Below are positions 30,481-39,780 of a DNA stretch of 64,000 nucleotides, piece after piece. This stretch comes from Acidimicrobiia bacterium (GTDB taxonomy: Bacteria; Actinomycetota; Acidimicrobiia; Spongiisociales; ZC4RG35), in contig OZ244856.1 of NCBI GenBank assembly GCA_965220995.1, positions 680,623 through 744,622 of the forward strand, in the 5' to 3' direction. The notes under the pieces are model-generated. The model saw nothing but the letters and a program-made list of their open reading frames with translations. It was not told the DNA's origin and did no database searches. The position numbers were made by a program, and so were the translations under genes. Each line of letters begins with the position of its first letter. The first letter of the stretch is position 1.

Positions 30481-31044
30481 TTGATCTTTTCTGATCGATC
30501 AATCAAAGCGGCCTTGTCGGACGGTCGGTTGGAGATCGATCCCTTCGAGGAATCCAACCTCCAACCCTCCAGCGTCGATTTGCGGGTGGGCCCCGATTTC
30601 CGGGTGTTCGCCAATCACCTCTATCCCTACATAGATCCCCGCCGACGACAGGAGAACCTCACCAGTCTTCACCAGGTGCAACCGGATGACCACTTTATCC
30701 TGCACCCCGGCGAGTTCGCTCTGGGCGCCACCTTGGAGCGAGTCCGCCTGGGAGACGACGTCGTAGCCAGGTTGGAGGGCAAATCGAGCCTGGGGAGACT
30801 CGGTTTGATGATTCACTCCACCGCCGGCTTCGTCGATCCCGGGTTCAACGGGCACCTCACCTTGGAACTCTCCAACGTGGCACAGCTTCCCATTGCCATC
30901 TATCCGGGAATGCGGATCGGCCAGATCAGCTTCTATCAGATGACCACCGCCGCCGACCAACCCTATGGCAGCGGGGCAACCGGCTCTCGTTATCAGGGCC
31001 AGGTGGGTCCCACCGCCAGCAGGAGCCACCGGGACTTCCGCTAA
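30481..31044 (+). CDS. dcd: dCTP deaminase
   Basis: [35 protein letters not shown]. Confidence 0.95.
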   Translation: MIFSDRSIKAALSDGRLEIDPFEESNLQPSSVDLRVGPDFRVFANHLYPYIDPRRRQENLTSLHQVQPDDHFILHPGEFALGATLERVRLGDDVVARLEGKSSLGRLGLMIHSTAGFVDPGFNGHLTLELSNVAQLPIAIYPGMRIGQISFYQMTTAADQPYGSGATGSRYQGQVGPTASRSHRDFR

Positions 31045-31081
31045 CTGCTGAAAACCCCACCGGCCTCCGCCGAGGGGCTGC

Positions 31082-32089
31082 TCAGTATTCGTGGTCGGCG
31101 CGGCGTTGTCGGGAAGGTTGCACCCGCGGGGGCTCGCCCGGTTGCTTGGGATAGTGCGGCGGCCACGGAGCATCGCCCAGGCCGTACTCCTCCTCATCTC
31201 GCACAACCCACTCCAACAAGGGAGTGATGTCCCCGTTCACCTCATCTATCCCGTCGGTCAGATCCCCCACTTCCCGATAGCGATCGGCAAAACGGTCCAT
31301 GGGAAAGTCCTCGATCTGAGCGTCGGGGAGTTCCTCCCAGGTGAGCGGCGCGGAGACGTATCCGGTGGGCCGAACCCCGTAGGCCGACGACACGGTCTTG
31401 TCCCGGGCGTTTTGGTTGTAGTCCACAAACACCCCCCGACGCTCTTCCTTCCACCACTTGGTGGTTACCAACCCCGGAAGCCGCCTCTCCAGTTCCCGGG
31501 CGAAGGCCAGGACAGCCCTGCGAGTGTGATGAAATTCGTATTGGGGAGTTATCCGCACGTACACATGGATGCCCCGGCTCCCCGATGTCTTGGCCCAACC
31601 CGACAAACCCACCTCTTCCAGCAGATCCCGGGCCCCCAGCGCCGCCTCCTTGACATGGGAGAAGCGATAACCGGGGGTGGGATCGAAGTCGAACCGCAAC
31701 TCATCGGGATGGTCGATGTCGTCGGCCCGCACCGGCCAGGGATGAAAGTCCAAACACCCCAATTGGGCGAGCCGCACCACATCAGCCGGGCGGGTGGGCA
31801 CATTCATCACTCCCGGACGCTGGGACGGAAAACGAATGTCCACCGTCTGGAAGGGCGTGCCCCGCTGGGCGCGCTTTTGATAGATGGGCGGCTTTTCCAC
31901 CCCCCGCATATACCGCTTGAGCATGGTGGGACGGTGAGATATTCCCCGAAGCGCACCCTCCGCGCAGGTGACAAAATGCTCGATCACATCAAACTTGGTC
32001 CATCCCCGCTCGGGAAACACCACCCGGGATGGACTGGTGACCCGCACTGTTTCACCACCGATCTCAATCGTGGTAGCGTCCTTTGCCAT
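31082..32089 (-). CDS. Standalone LigD-type primase-polymerase domain protein (Prim-PolC-like)
   Basis: HPDELRFDFDP, KTSGSRGIH, KWWKEER, VFVDYNQN, VSAPLTWEE. Confidence 0.9.
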   Translation of the reverse strand: MAKDATTIEIGGETVRVTSPSRVVFPERGWTKFDVIEHFVTCAEGALRGISHRPTMLKRYMRGVEKPPIYQKRAQRGTPFQTVDIRFPSQRPGVMNVPTRPADVVRLAQLGCLDFHPWPVRADDIDHPDELRFDFDPTPGYRFSHVKEAALGARDLLEEVGLSGWAKTSGSRGIHVYVRITPQYEFHHTRRAVLAFARELERRLPGLVTTKWWKEERRGVFVDYNQNARDKTVSSAYGVRPTGYVSAPLTWEELPDAQIEDFPMDRFADRYREVGDLTDGIDEVNGDITPLLEWVVRDEEEYGLGDAPWPPHYPKQPGEPPRVQPSRQRRADHEY

Positions 32090-32124
32090 CACCGACTCAC
32101 GGTAGCCGATCCGAAAGCGCGCCC

Positions 32125-32652
32125 ATGCCAACCAAACAGGACATCACCCCGGTCCAGACTCCAACTGATGGTTTCTCGGTGTTCGAGTCTCCCTTGGGGC
32201 CGGTGGCGGTGGCATTCAATGCGCTGGGGATATCCGCCGTCGATCTTTACGATGACGGCTTCGGGACGCGCTTCGCAGAGCGTTTTCACAGGCCAGCGTC
32301 AGAAGCTGATCCCCCCCGGGAGTGGGTCGATTTGATACAACAGGCCTTGGAGGTGGGGCAGCCACTGGCTCTGCCCATCGATTTTGATTCGGTGACCTCC
32401 TTTCAAAAGCAGGTCTTGATCCACACTGCCGCCATTCCCCGCGGACAGACCCGCTCCTACGGGTGGTTGGCCGACCGCGTCGGTCGCCCCCGGGCAGCCC
32501 GGGCGATCGGGGGATCGATGGCTGCCAACCCGGTTCCCTTGATCATCCCCTGCCATCGGGTGATTCGTTCTGACGGACACATCGGCCACTACGGCATCGG
32601 GGGCGCGGACAACAAGAGAAAGCTCCTCCAATTGGAACGGGCCATCGAATAG
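32125..32652 (+). CDS. ogt: Methylated-DNA--protein-cysteine methyltransferase
   Basis: IPRGQTRSYG, AARAIG, IPCHRVI. Confidence 0.92.
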   Translation: MPTKQDITPVQTPTDGFSVFESPLGPVAVAFNALGISAVDLYDDGFGTRFAERFHRPASEADPPREWVDLIQQALEVGQPLALPIDFDSVTSFQKQVLIHTAAIPRGQTRSYGWLADRVGRPRAARAIGGSMAANPVPLIIPCHRVIRSDGHIGHYGIGGADNKRKLLQLERAIE

Positions 32653-32680
32653 GCCGACCTGATACACCTCCCTCCTCCCG

Positions 32681-35600
32681 ATGATCGGAAGCGGTGGGGA
32701 CCCTGAAAAAATGACAGGCCATCAGGCCCAGGCGCCCCATGCCCGTAGCGCAAAGATCTTGCGAGCAGCGATGGCAGCCGCCGCTCTGATGATGGGCGCC
32801 GCCGGACCGTTGGACGCCGGCGCCACCTTGGATGAACCATCCCCGCCGTCTCTGATCGCCTATGCCCGCAATGTGGGCGACACCATCTGGATGATCGAGA
32901 CCGGCGGCGGAACCCCTCGCCAACTCACAACTCACCGCAGCGGAGATCCGGCCTGGTCGCCCGACGGGACCAGGATCGCCTACACCCGCTACCAGGGATC
33001 CACCTACGACGGGGTGTGGATTATGAACCCGGACGGCACAAGACAACGACGCCTCACCGACGGACTCACGGGAGGCCCGAATTGGTCGCCGAACAGCACG
33101 GACCTGGCCTACACCAATCCGGTCGGGATCGGGTTGGTCAATGCCCACACCGGAGCATCCCGTCAGTTGACCGTGAACTCCGACCGCGACCCGGCATGGT
33201 CACCCGATGGGACACTGATCATGTTTTCTCGTTCGGAGAGGGGAGTATGGGTGATAGGCGCCCACCGCGCCGAACAGGAACAACAACTCGCCATCGAGGC
33301 CCGCCATCCGGTTTGGTCACCGGGCAGCGACCAGGTCGCTTACGTCAACCATCACCTGGAAGGCATCCACATCATGGCTGCCGACGGCGCGTCCAAGCGG
33401 CGACTCACCACCGACGGCGGCGTCTTTCCACAATGGTCGCCCGACGGGACCCGCATCGCCTATACCGGGCGGACAGGAAATGGGATCTGGTCGATTGATG
33501 CCTACGGCGCCGATCGGCGACAACTCTCCGCAGTCGGCCGGGGTCCCGCGTGGTCACCGGACAGTACCCGTATCGCTTTCACCCGCCCGGACGGAATCTG
33601 GATCACCGACCAAAACGGAGAGAATCTCCGAAGATTGACCAACCACGGTAAGGACCCGGTGTGGTCACCGGACGGAACCCGGATCCTCTATACCAGCCAT
33701 CACCTGGATGGAATCTACGGCATCGATTCCGATGGACTCAACCAGCGACAGATCGCCTCCGGGGGCTCTGATCCGCAATGGTCCCCGAACGGTCGGCGTC
33801 TCGCCTTTACCCGGCGAGACGGGATCTGGGTCATGGACTACGAAGACGAAAGCCGGCTTCGGCTTACCTCCGAATACACAGAAGGGCCGGCGTGGTCACC
33901 CGACGGAACCCGGATTGCCTACACCACCCGCTTCGGGGGCATTCACCTGGTCGACGCAAATGGCGGCAATCCACGCGTGCTCTCCTCCGACGGCTCCGAC
34001 CCGGCGTGGTCACCCGACGGAACTCTCCTGGCCTATGTGATAGCCGAAGATCTTTTCCGGTGGGCATCGGGGTCCAGCCGCGCCATATATGTCATGGAAG
34101 CGGATGGCCGCAATCCGCGGATACTTGTCTCCGACGGCTCCGACCCGGCGTGGTCACCCGACGGAACCCGGATTGCCTACACCACCCGCTCGGGCGAGAT
34201 CCGGGTGAGCAAAGCCGACGGAAGAGAACCGCTGTCAACCCACCGTTATGGAAGCGATCCGACCTGGTCTCCGGATGGAAAGCGCTTGGCCTATGTCGGT
34301 AGCGACAGCGGCGTCTTCTCGATGAACGCCGATGGCGCCCACCATCGCACGGTAACTCTGCAAACAGGACTGCACCCCCGGTGGTCACCCGACGGCGGCC
34401 AGATCGCCTACCAAACCGACCGGGGACTGGCAGTAATCAACGCAAACGGAACCGGTCGACTCCACCTGGCTGAAACCGGAGCAACGCCCGCTTGGCGACC
34501 GTCACCCCACGGGTCGCCGCCCATCCCTCCACCGGCTGATGCATCCTCATCCTGCTCCCCGGACCACAACCCGCAGATGCCCAGATTCCTGCCCCTGTGG
34601 ACCCGCATCACCTCCCAGGCCCCGCAGACCGTCAGTGGGCCCTTTGAGATCATGGTTGCGTTCTCCCGCCCGGTCACCGGTTTTCTTGCCGAAGACATCT
34701 TGGTGTCCAATGGGCGGGTCACCGACCTGGTGGACTGCGGGGATACGTTCCATGCCCGAATCTCCCCGGCTTCGGTGGGCGCGGTGGTGGTGCGAGTACC
34801 CCGCAGTGTCGTCCGAGACATCACCCACAAAGGGAACCTTGCCTCTTCCCCCTTGGTGAGGATCGGTGCTTCCCAAACCCCTCCGGCCACCCAGGGCCTC
34901 GACACATGGGACCGCCCGACGGTTTCGAGACACTACACCGAGGAGTTCGGCACAGGACCGCCTGAAATGGGGTACACCGGTAACGTCACCGACTGCCTTC
35001 CAGGATCAACCAGCCTTCCGTTTCGAACCGATGTCATCAGGCGTGTCAACTGGTATCGACAAATGGCGGGCTTGGCCACGGTGGCAGAGCGGACCGAGTA
35101 CTCGGAGTTGGCGCAGCGAGCCGCCATGATGATGGCCGCCGAGGGTGACCTCTCTCACCGCCCCGGCCCCGGGTGGGCCTGCCACACCGCCTCGGGGTCC
35201 GACGCCGCGGCCCGCAGCAACCTGTTGTTGGGAGCGGTGGGAGCCGAGGCCGTGGATGGATACATGAGAAACCAGGGTCTCATCAACCGGAGCGTGGGGC
35301 ACCGCCGACTTCTGCTGCACCCCCATCTGCCGGAGATCGGCGCCGGTGACATACCGGGGCAAAACGGTCGGCGACCGGCCAATGCCCTGTACATACCTGA
35401 ACAGAACCTCTGGGACCCTCATCCCCGGGTTCGTGAACCGCGAGGATTTGTAGCCTGGCCGCCCCCTGGCTATGTACCTGCGGGAACCGTGTGGAATCGT
35501 TGGTCCTTTTCGCGGGCCGGCGCCGACTTTTCGGAGGCTTCGGTGACCGTAACTAACGACTTCGGATCGGTTCCGACAGAAGTCCTGACCCGTAACTCTT

Positions 35601-35836
35601 CCTTTGCAGGGGCGCGAAACGTCCCTGACCCGTCCATCGTATGGAACATACCCGGGCTTGGCGACTCTCTCCCGCCGGCCGGTCACGTGGGAGGCGACCT
35701 GTGTTTTGCGGTAACGGTGGCCGGGGTCCGCATCGAAGGCAGGACCCAAACACCCTACGAATACGTAACCTGCATCATCCCCTCCCGGGCCCCGGGGCCC
35801 TTCGCTATCGTGGCCAACAACCCACCGCCACGGTAA
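32681..35836 (+). CDS. Secreted TolB/PD40 beta-propeller repeat protein with Ig-like and CAP domains
   Basis: Over a dozen PxWSPDGxRIAY repeats; FSRPVTGF Ig-like segment; VNWYR..AGL, LSH, SNL, GHRR CAP motifs; start could be 32711. Confidence 0.88.
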   Translation: MIGSGGDPEKMTGHQAQAPHARSAKILRAAMAAAALMMGAAGPLDAGATLDEPSPPSLIAYARNVGDTIWMIETGGGTPRQLTTHRSGDPAWSPDGTRIAYTRYQGSTYDGVWIMNPDGTRQRRLTDGLTGGPNWSPNSTDLAYTNPVGIGLVNAHTGASRQLTVNSDRDPAWSPDGTLIMFSRSERGVWVIGAHRAEQEQQLAIEARHPVWSPGSDQVAYVNHHLEGIHIMAADGASKRRLTTDGGVFPQWSPDGTRIAYTGRTGNGIWSIDAYGADRRQLSAVGRGPAWSPDSTRIAFTRPDGIWITDQNGENLRRLTNHGKDPVWSPDGTRILYTSHHLDGIYGIDSDGLNQRQIASGGSDPQWSPNGRRLAFTRRDGIWVMDYEDESRLRLTSEYTEGPAWSPDGTRIAYTTRFGGIHLVDANGGNPRVLSSDGSDPAWSPDGTLLAYVIAEDLFRWASGSSRAIYVMEADGRNPRILVSDGSDPAWSPDGTRIAYTTRSGEIRVSKADGREPLSTHRYGSDPTWSPDGKRLAYVGSDSGVFSMNADGAHHRTVTLQTGLHPRWSPDGGQIAYQTDRGLAVINANGTGRLHLAETGATPAWRPSPHGSPPIPPPADASSSCSPDHNPQMPRFLPLWTRITSQAPQTVSGPFEIMVAFSRPVTGFLAEDILVSNGRVTDLVDCGDTFHARISPASVGAVVVRVPRSVVRDITHKGNLASSPLVRIGASQTPPATQGLDTWDRPTVSRHYTEEFGTGPPEMGYTGNVTDCLPGSTSLPFRTDVIRRVNWYRQMAGLATVAERTEYSELAQRAAMMMAAEGDLSHRPGPGWACHTASGSDAAARSNLLLGAVGAEAVDGYMRNQGLINRSVGHRRLLLHPHLPEIGAGDIPGQNGRRPANALYIPEQNLWDPHPRVREPRGFVAWPPPGYVPAGTVWNRWSFSRAGADFSEASVTVTNDFGSVPTEVLTRNSSFAGARNVPDPSIVWNIPGLGDSLPPAGHVGGDLCFAVTVAGVRIEGRTQTPYEYVTCIIPSRAPGPFAIVANNPPPR

Positions 35837-35883
35837 ATTGGGCGGGGCCATTCCGGCGCCCAACCCACCTCCACCCTGAAGCA

Positions 35884-37359
35884 TTGAGCAACCACCCGGC
35901 AACGACTTTTCTCCCCCTCACAGATGGTCTGCTGGTGGTGGTTAAGGATGATTGCGAGACCTGCCATCTGACCGTGCCGGTGCTGGAGCAGTTGAGCCGG
36001 GAATCGGGGCCCATGGTGGTGATTTCACAGGACCGGGAGGGATTTCCCCCGGGCCTTGAGGTGATTTACGACCGGGATCTGGATATCTCCTGGCATCTGG
36101 GGACCGAGACCACCCCCACCATCTACCGGATCAAGAGGGGTGAAGTGGTCAGCCTGCAGACCGGGTGGCTGCGAAGCGGCTGGGAAGAGGTTACCGGCGT
36201 CGAGGGTCTGGGGCCGGGCCTGCCCGATCAGCGTCCCGGGTGCGGTTCCGACACCATGTCGCCGCACAACCACCAGCGGTTATTACGCCGCCACTCCCCC
36301 CACCTTCTGACCTCCCGAAGAGTGGAGTTGGGGAGTTCGGAAGACCCCATCGAGGCAGCCTTTGCCCGCGGTTGGACGGACGGCCTGCCGGTGACACCGC
36401 CCACCGAGGAGCGAGTGGCGGCGATGCTGGAAGGGACCCATCTTCCCCCCGGCAAGGTGGTGTGTGACCTGCCGCCGGACCTTGCTGAATGCACCGTCGA
36501 GAAGGTGGCGATCAACGCGGTCATGGCCGGCTGTCGTCCCGAATATCTGCCGGTCGTCCTGGCGGCGGTGAAGGCGGCCGCCCAGAGCCGGTTCAATATT
36601 CACGGCATTTCGGCCACCACCTATTTCACCGGGCCGGTGCTGGTGGTGAACGGTCCGATCCGGCGGCGGATCGGGATGAATGCGGGCATCAACGTGCTGG
36701 GCCCCGGTAACCGGGCCAACCTGACCATCGGTCGGGCGCTCAACCTGGTGGTCCGCAACGTGGGAGGCGCCCGCCCGGGGGGAGTGGACCGCGCCGCCTT
36801 GGGGAGTCCGGGCAAACTGTCGTTTTGCTTCCCCGAAGATGAGGAGGGATCCCCGTGGGAATCGCTGGCGGTGGAGCGGGGATTTCCCCCCGGCGCCTCC
36901 ACCATCACTCTGTTCGCCGGGCACGGGCCGATCGAGATCGTGGACCAAAAGTCCCGCACCGCCGCATCCCTGGCCCGTACCTTCGCCGGGCAGTTGAGAA
37001 TGGTCGGCCATCCCAAGATCACCGGAATGTCGGATGCAATAGTGGTGGTCTCCCCCGAACACGCCCGAGTCTTCGGGGAGGTGGGCTGGACCAAAGCGAT
37101 CCTCCGCCAGGAGATCTACTCCCTATTGGAGCTTCCCACCGACGAACTGCTGGCCGGAGCGGGCGGGGTGGCGGAGGGGATGCCGCCTTCGGTGTCCCAC
37201 CGGCCCCGCCTGGCCAAGTTCACACCCGGAGGCCTGTGGTTTGTGTACGCCGGAGGTGACGCGGGAATGTTCTCGGCAATAATCTCGGGATGGATCGGCG
37301 GCGCCTCCAGTTCCCAAATGACTACCGTGGCTATCAACCCAAAGGGGGAGCACCAATGA
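35884..37359 (+). CDS. Thioredoxin-like CxxC domain fused to the conserved GWTDGLP domain (UGSC-associated protein)
   Basis: KDDCETC, TPT, RPGCGS, GWTDGLPVTPPT, TVEKVAINAVMAGC, NRANLTIGRA; start uncertain (TTG 35884). Confidence 0.85.
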   Translation: MSNHPATTFLPLTDGLLVVVKDDCETCHLTVPVLEQLSRESGPMVVISQDREGFPPGLEVIYDRDLDISWHLGTETTPTIYRIKRGEVVSLQTGWLRSGWEEVTGVEGLGPGLPDQRPGCGSDTMSPHNHQRLLRRHSPHLLTSRRVELGSSEDPIEAAFARGWTDGLPVTPPTEERVAAMLEGTHLPPGKVVCDLPPDLAECTVEKVAINAVMAGCRPEYLPVVLAAVKAAAQSRFNIHGISATTYFTGPVLVVNGPIRRRIGMNAGINVLGPGNRANLTIGRALNLVVRNVGGARPGGVDRAALGSPGKLSFCFPEDEEGSPWESLAVERGFPPGASTITLFAGHGPIEIVDQKSRTAASLARTFAGQLRMVGHPKITGMSDAIVVVSPEHARVFGEVGWTKAILRQEIYSLLELPTDELLAGAGGVAEGMPPSVSHRPRLAKFTPGGLWFVYAGGDAGMFSAIISGWIGGASSSQMTTVAINPKGEHQ

Positions 37360-37883
37360 AACCCTTGCTGGACCCCACCAACGAAAGCAGACCCGGGAAC
37401 CGTCCGTTGAGTCCCCGCCTCTCGGACCTGAGGGGAGAAACTGTAGCCCTGTTGGATATCTCCAAGCCGCGGGGCGACATCTTCCTGGACAGGCTCGATG
37501 AACTCTTCGCCCGACGTGGCATACCCGTCAAGCGCTACCGGAAACCCATCTTCTCAAAACCGGCGCCGAGCGACTTGCGCCAGAGAATCGCCGCCGAATG
37601 CACCGCGGTGGTGGAGGCCCTGGCCGACTGAGGATCGTGTGCATCGTGCAGTGTGCACGATCTCGTCGACCTTGAGGACCGCGGGATACCGGGAGTGTTC
37701 GTGGCTTCGGACCGGTTTTCTCAAGCGGCCGATGTCCAGGGAAAGGCCCTGGGCATGCATCCTCATCGGGTGCTTACCCCCCATCCCATCCAGGACCGCA
37801 GCGATCGGGAAATGCAAACGCTGGCCGACGCGGCCTTTCCTGAAATCGTCGCCGCATTGACCAAGGACATCCCCAGCCGCTAA
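37356..37883 (+). CDS. UGSC-family selenoprotein (175 aa, Sec at TGA 37629-37631)
   Basis: Two same-frame ORF halves joined by one TGA giving ALAD-U-GSCASCSVHD; hairpin immediately 3' of the TGA; ATGA coupling to upstream gene. Confidence 0.88.
37633..37662 (+). promoter_or_regulatory. Putative bacterial SECIS element
   Basis: GATCGTGTGCA-tcgtgcag-TGTGCACGATC: 11-bp stem (2 G-U) starting 1 nt after the TGA, with GU in the loop. Confidence 0.7.
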
Positions 37884-37899
37884 CAGGAGAAGGTGAGTG

Positions 37900-38136
37900 T
37901 CAGGACTGAGATTGAGCGGCTGCATCCCAATTGAGGTGGGTTGAGAATATCTCCCCTTTCACTTCGATTCTTTGCCGTAGGCTGCCAATCAGATCCGAGT
38001 CCCCGGATTCATACGGGAGGACCCGCGCCACCGGCTTGCCATGTTTGGTGATCACCAAACCCTCGAAATCAAGCTGATCCAGCAACTCAGGACACTGCTT
38101 CGTGAAGTCTCCGGCATCTATCGTCTTCACTTTCAT
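37900..38136 (-). CDS. Phd/YefM family antitoxin (orphan)
   Basis: KTIDAGDFTKQCPELLD, LVITKHGKPVARVLP. Confidence 0.85.
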   Translation of the reverse strand: MKVKTIDAGDFTKQCPELLDQLDFEGLVITKHGKPVARVLPYESGDSDLIGSLRQRIEVKGEIFSTHLNWDAAAQSQS

Positions 38137-38244
38137 CTTGAGATGTCCTTCTGACTGATCGCAAGACCTAACCCCCAATGCGACTTGTAGCGTAAAGGAT
38201 GATGACCGCTGTCTCATACAAGTTTGGAAACACAAGGCGGAGCG

Positions 38245-38721
38245 TTGCCCCCTAGAGCAAGCGCTGGGGTGCTGATCTATCGCCGCGGGGTCGGAGGCGC
38301 CCTGGAGGTGCTCCTGGGCCACTATGGAGGGCCGTTCTGGGCCAACCGGGACCAAGGCGCCTGGACCGTTTTCAAGGGAAGAAGCAACCCCGGAGAGACT
38401 CCCCTTGAAACCGCTGTCCGCGAATTCCAAGAGGAGACCGGCTGGGATCCTCCCTCCGTCTCCTGGCAGCGGCTTCCCAGAGTCAAGACTCCGCATCAGG
38501 TGATGGATATTTGGGCGATGGAGGCCGACTTCGATCCGGCCCTGCTTCGTCCCGGCCTGTTTTCGATGGAATGGCCGCGGGGATCGGGCCGACAACAAGA
38601 GTTCCCCGAAATAGATCGGGTACAGTGGTTCACCCTGTCGGAGGCCCACACCAAAATGCCCACCAGCCAGAGGGTTCTCTTGAATCACCTTTCCAGGATG
38701 GTCAATCCGCCTACTGCCTGA
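38245..38721 (+). CDS. NUDIX hydrolase
   Basis: SAGVLIYR, GPFW, G...PGETPLETAVREFQEETG Nudix box, FPEIDR. Confidence 0.9.
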   Translation: MPPRASAGVLIYRRGVGGALEVLLGHYGGPFWANRDQGAWTVFKGRSNPGETPLETAVREFQEETGWDPPSVSWQRLPRVKTPHQVMDIWAMEADFDPALLRPGLFSMEWPRGSGRQQEFPEIDRVQWFTLSEAHTKMPTSQRVLLNHLSRMVNPPTA

Positions 38722-38847
38722 CCCGAGACCCGCTCCTGGCCGAACTGCGCGGGATTCCAGGGGATTCCCCAGCCCGATCCAATACAGCCCTTCTTAGCTG
38801 GAGAAAGCGCAACCCGTGCTGTTTCCGCCTTTGTAGAGTCCTGGGAT

Positions 38848-39252
38848 ATGAGCGAAAGAACCACCCTCCCCCAAACTGAAGCCGAGTGGAGAGACCGCCT
38901 GGACTCCATGCAATACCGGGTGCTGCGGGAAGGCGCCACCGAACATCCATTTACCGGCGCTTATTGGAACACCAAGACTCCCGGGGTGTACACCTGCGCG
39001 GGATGCGGCGTGGACTTGTTTGATTCCGACACCAAATATGATTCGGGCACCGGCTGGCCCTCCTTCTGGGAGGCGATGGACCTTGATCAGATCGACACTC
39101 GGATCGATACCTCCCATGGGATGGTCCGTACCGAAGTTCTTTGCAAAAGTTGCGGGGGACACCTCGGACACCTCTTCCCCGACGGGCCCGATCCCACCGG
39201 GATGCGCTACTGCCTGAACTCCTGCGCCCTGGACCTCAAACCGGCCGACTGA
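38848..39252 (+). CDS. msrB: Peptide-methionine (R)-S-oxide reductase
   Basis: TEHPFTG, two CxxC, GTGWPSF, HLGHLF.DGP, RYCLNS. Confidence 0.96.
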   Translation: MSERTTLPQTEAEWRDRLDSMQYRVLREGATEHPFTGAYWNTKTPGVYTCAGCGVDLFDSDTKYDSGTGWPSFWEAMDLDQIDTRIDTSHGMVRTEVLCKSCGGHLGHLFPDGPDPTGMRYCLNSCALDLKPAD

Positions 39253-39780
39253 CAGGTCGAATCCCAACCGGCCACCCACTTTGAGCGACCGGCGGCGCGG
39301 TAACCATCCCAAGGGAGGTTTATCGCGAAATCACTTGCAATCCCGCGAAATCCGCCACGCCGCCCTCTCCCCGATGGGAGCCCACCCCCGCCTTCCACCA
39401 CCTGGGCGGGACGCGCTGTGCCAGGGTCTGGCGGGAAGCTTGTCCCAAGAGATTATGACCCTCGCTTCTCGCAGGAAACGGCAAGGCTCCCTGCGCGGCC
39501 CCGACGACGCCGGACGGGACCGGGGGTGTTCGACTTCTGACAATGTGGGTCGGAGCAGGCGACAATTTCAACACCTAGCGGGGTAGTTTTTTCGCGACCC
39601 GGCTGTCTGCCGCCCGATGTCCCACCCCTCCGGCCTCAGGCACCCTGTCTTCAATTTGATAAATAGGCAAGGCGGAAATATGATACCCCCTTTGTTAGGT
39701 TGTATAGATAGACAACCACGCAAGGCCCCCACCCACCAGACCGGGGGTCGAATCTCACAGAAACACGGAGGACAGAACGC

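Noticed and set aside
32900-34500. Regularly spaced tggtcacccgacgg repeats (also 44200-46000) resembling a CRISPR array
   Set aside because: They are in-frame WSPDG codons of propeller blades; degenerate, and no cas genes
37900-38688. 262-aa minus-strand ORF as a full gene
   Set aside because: Only the last 78 codons look like a Phd antitoxin; the rest is antisense to the NUDIX gene
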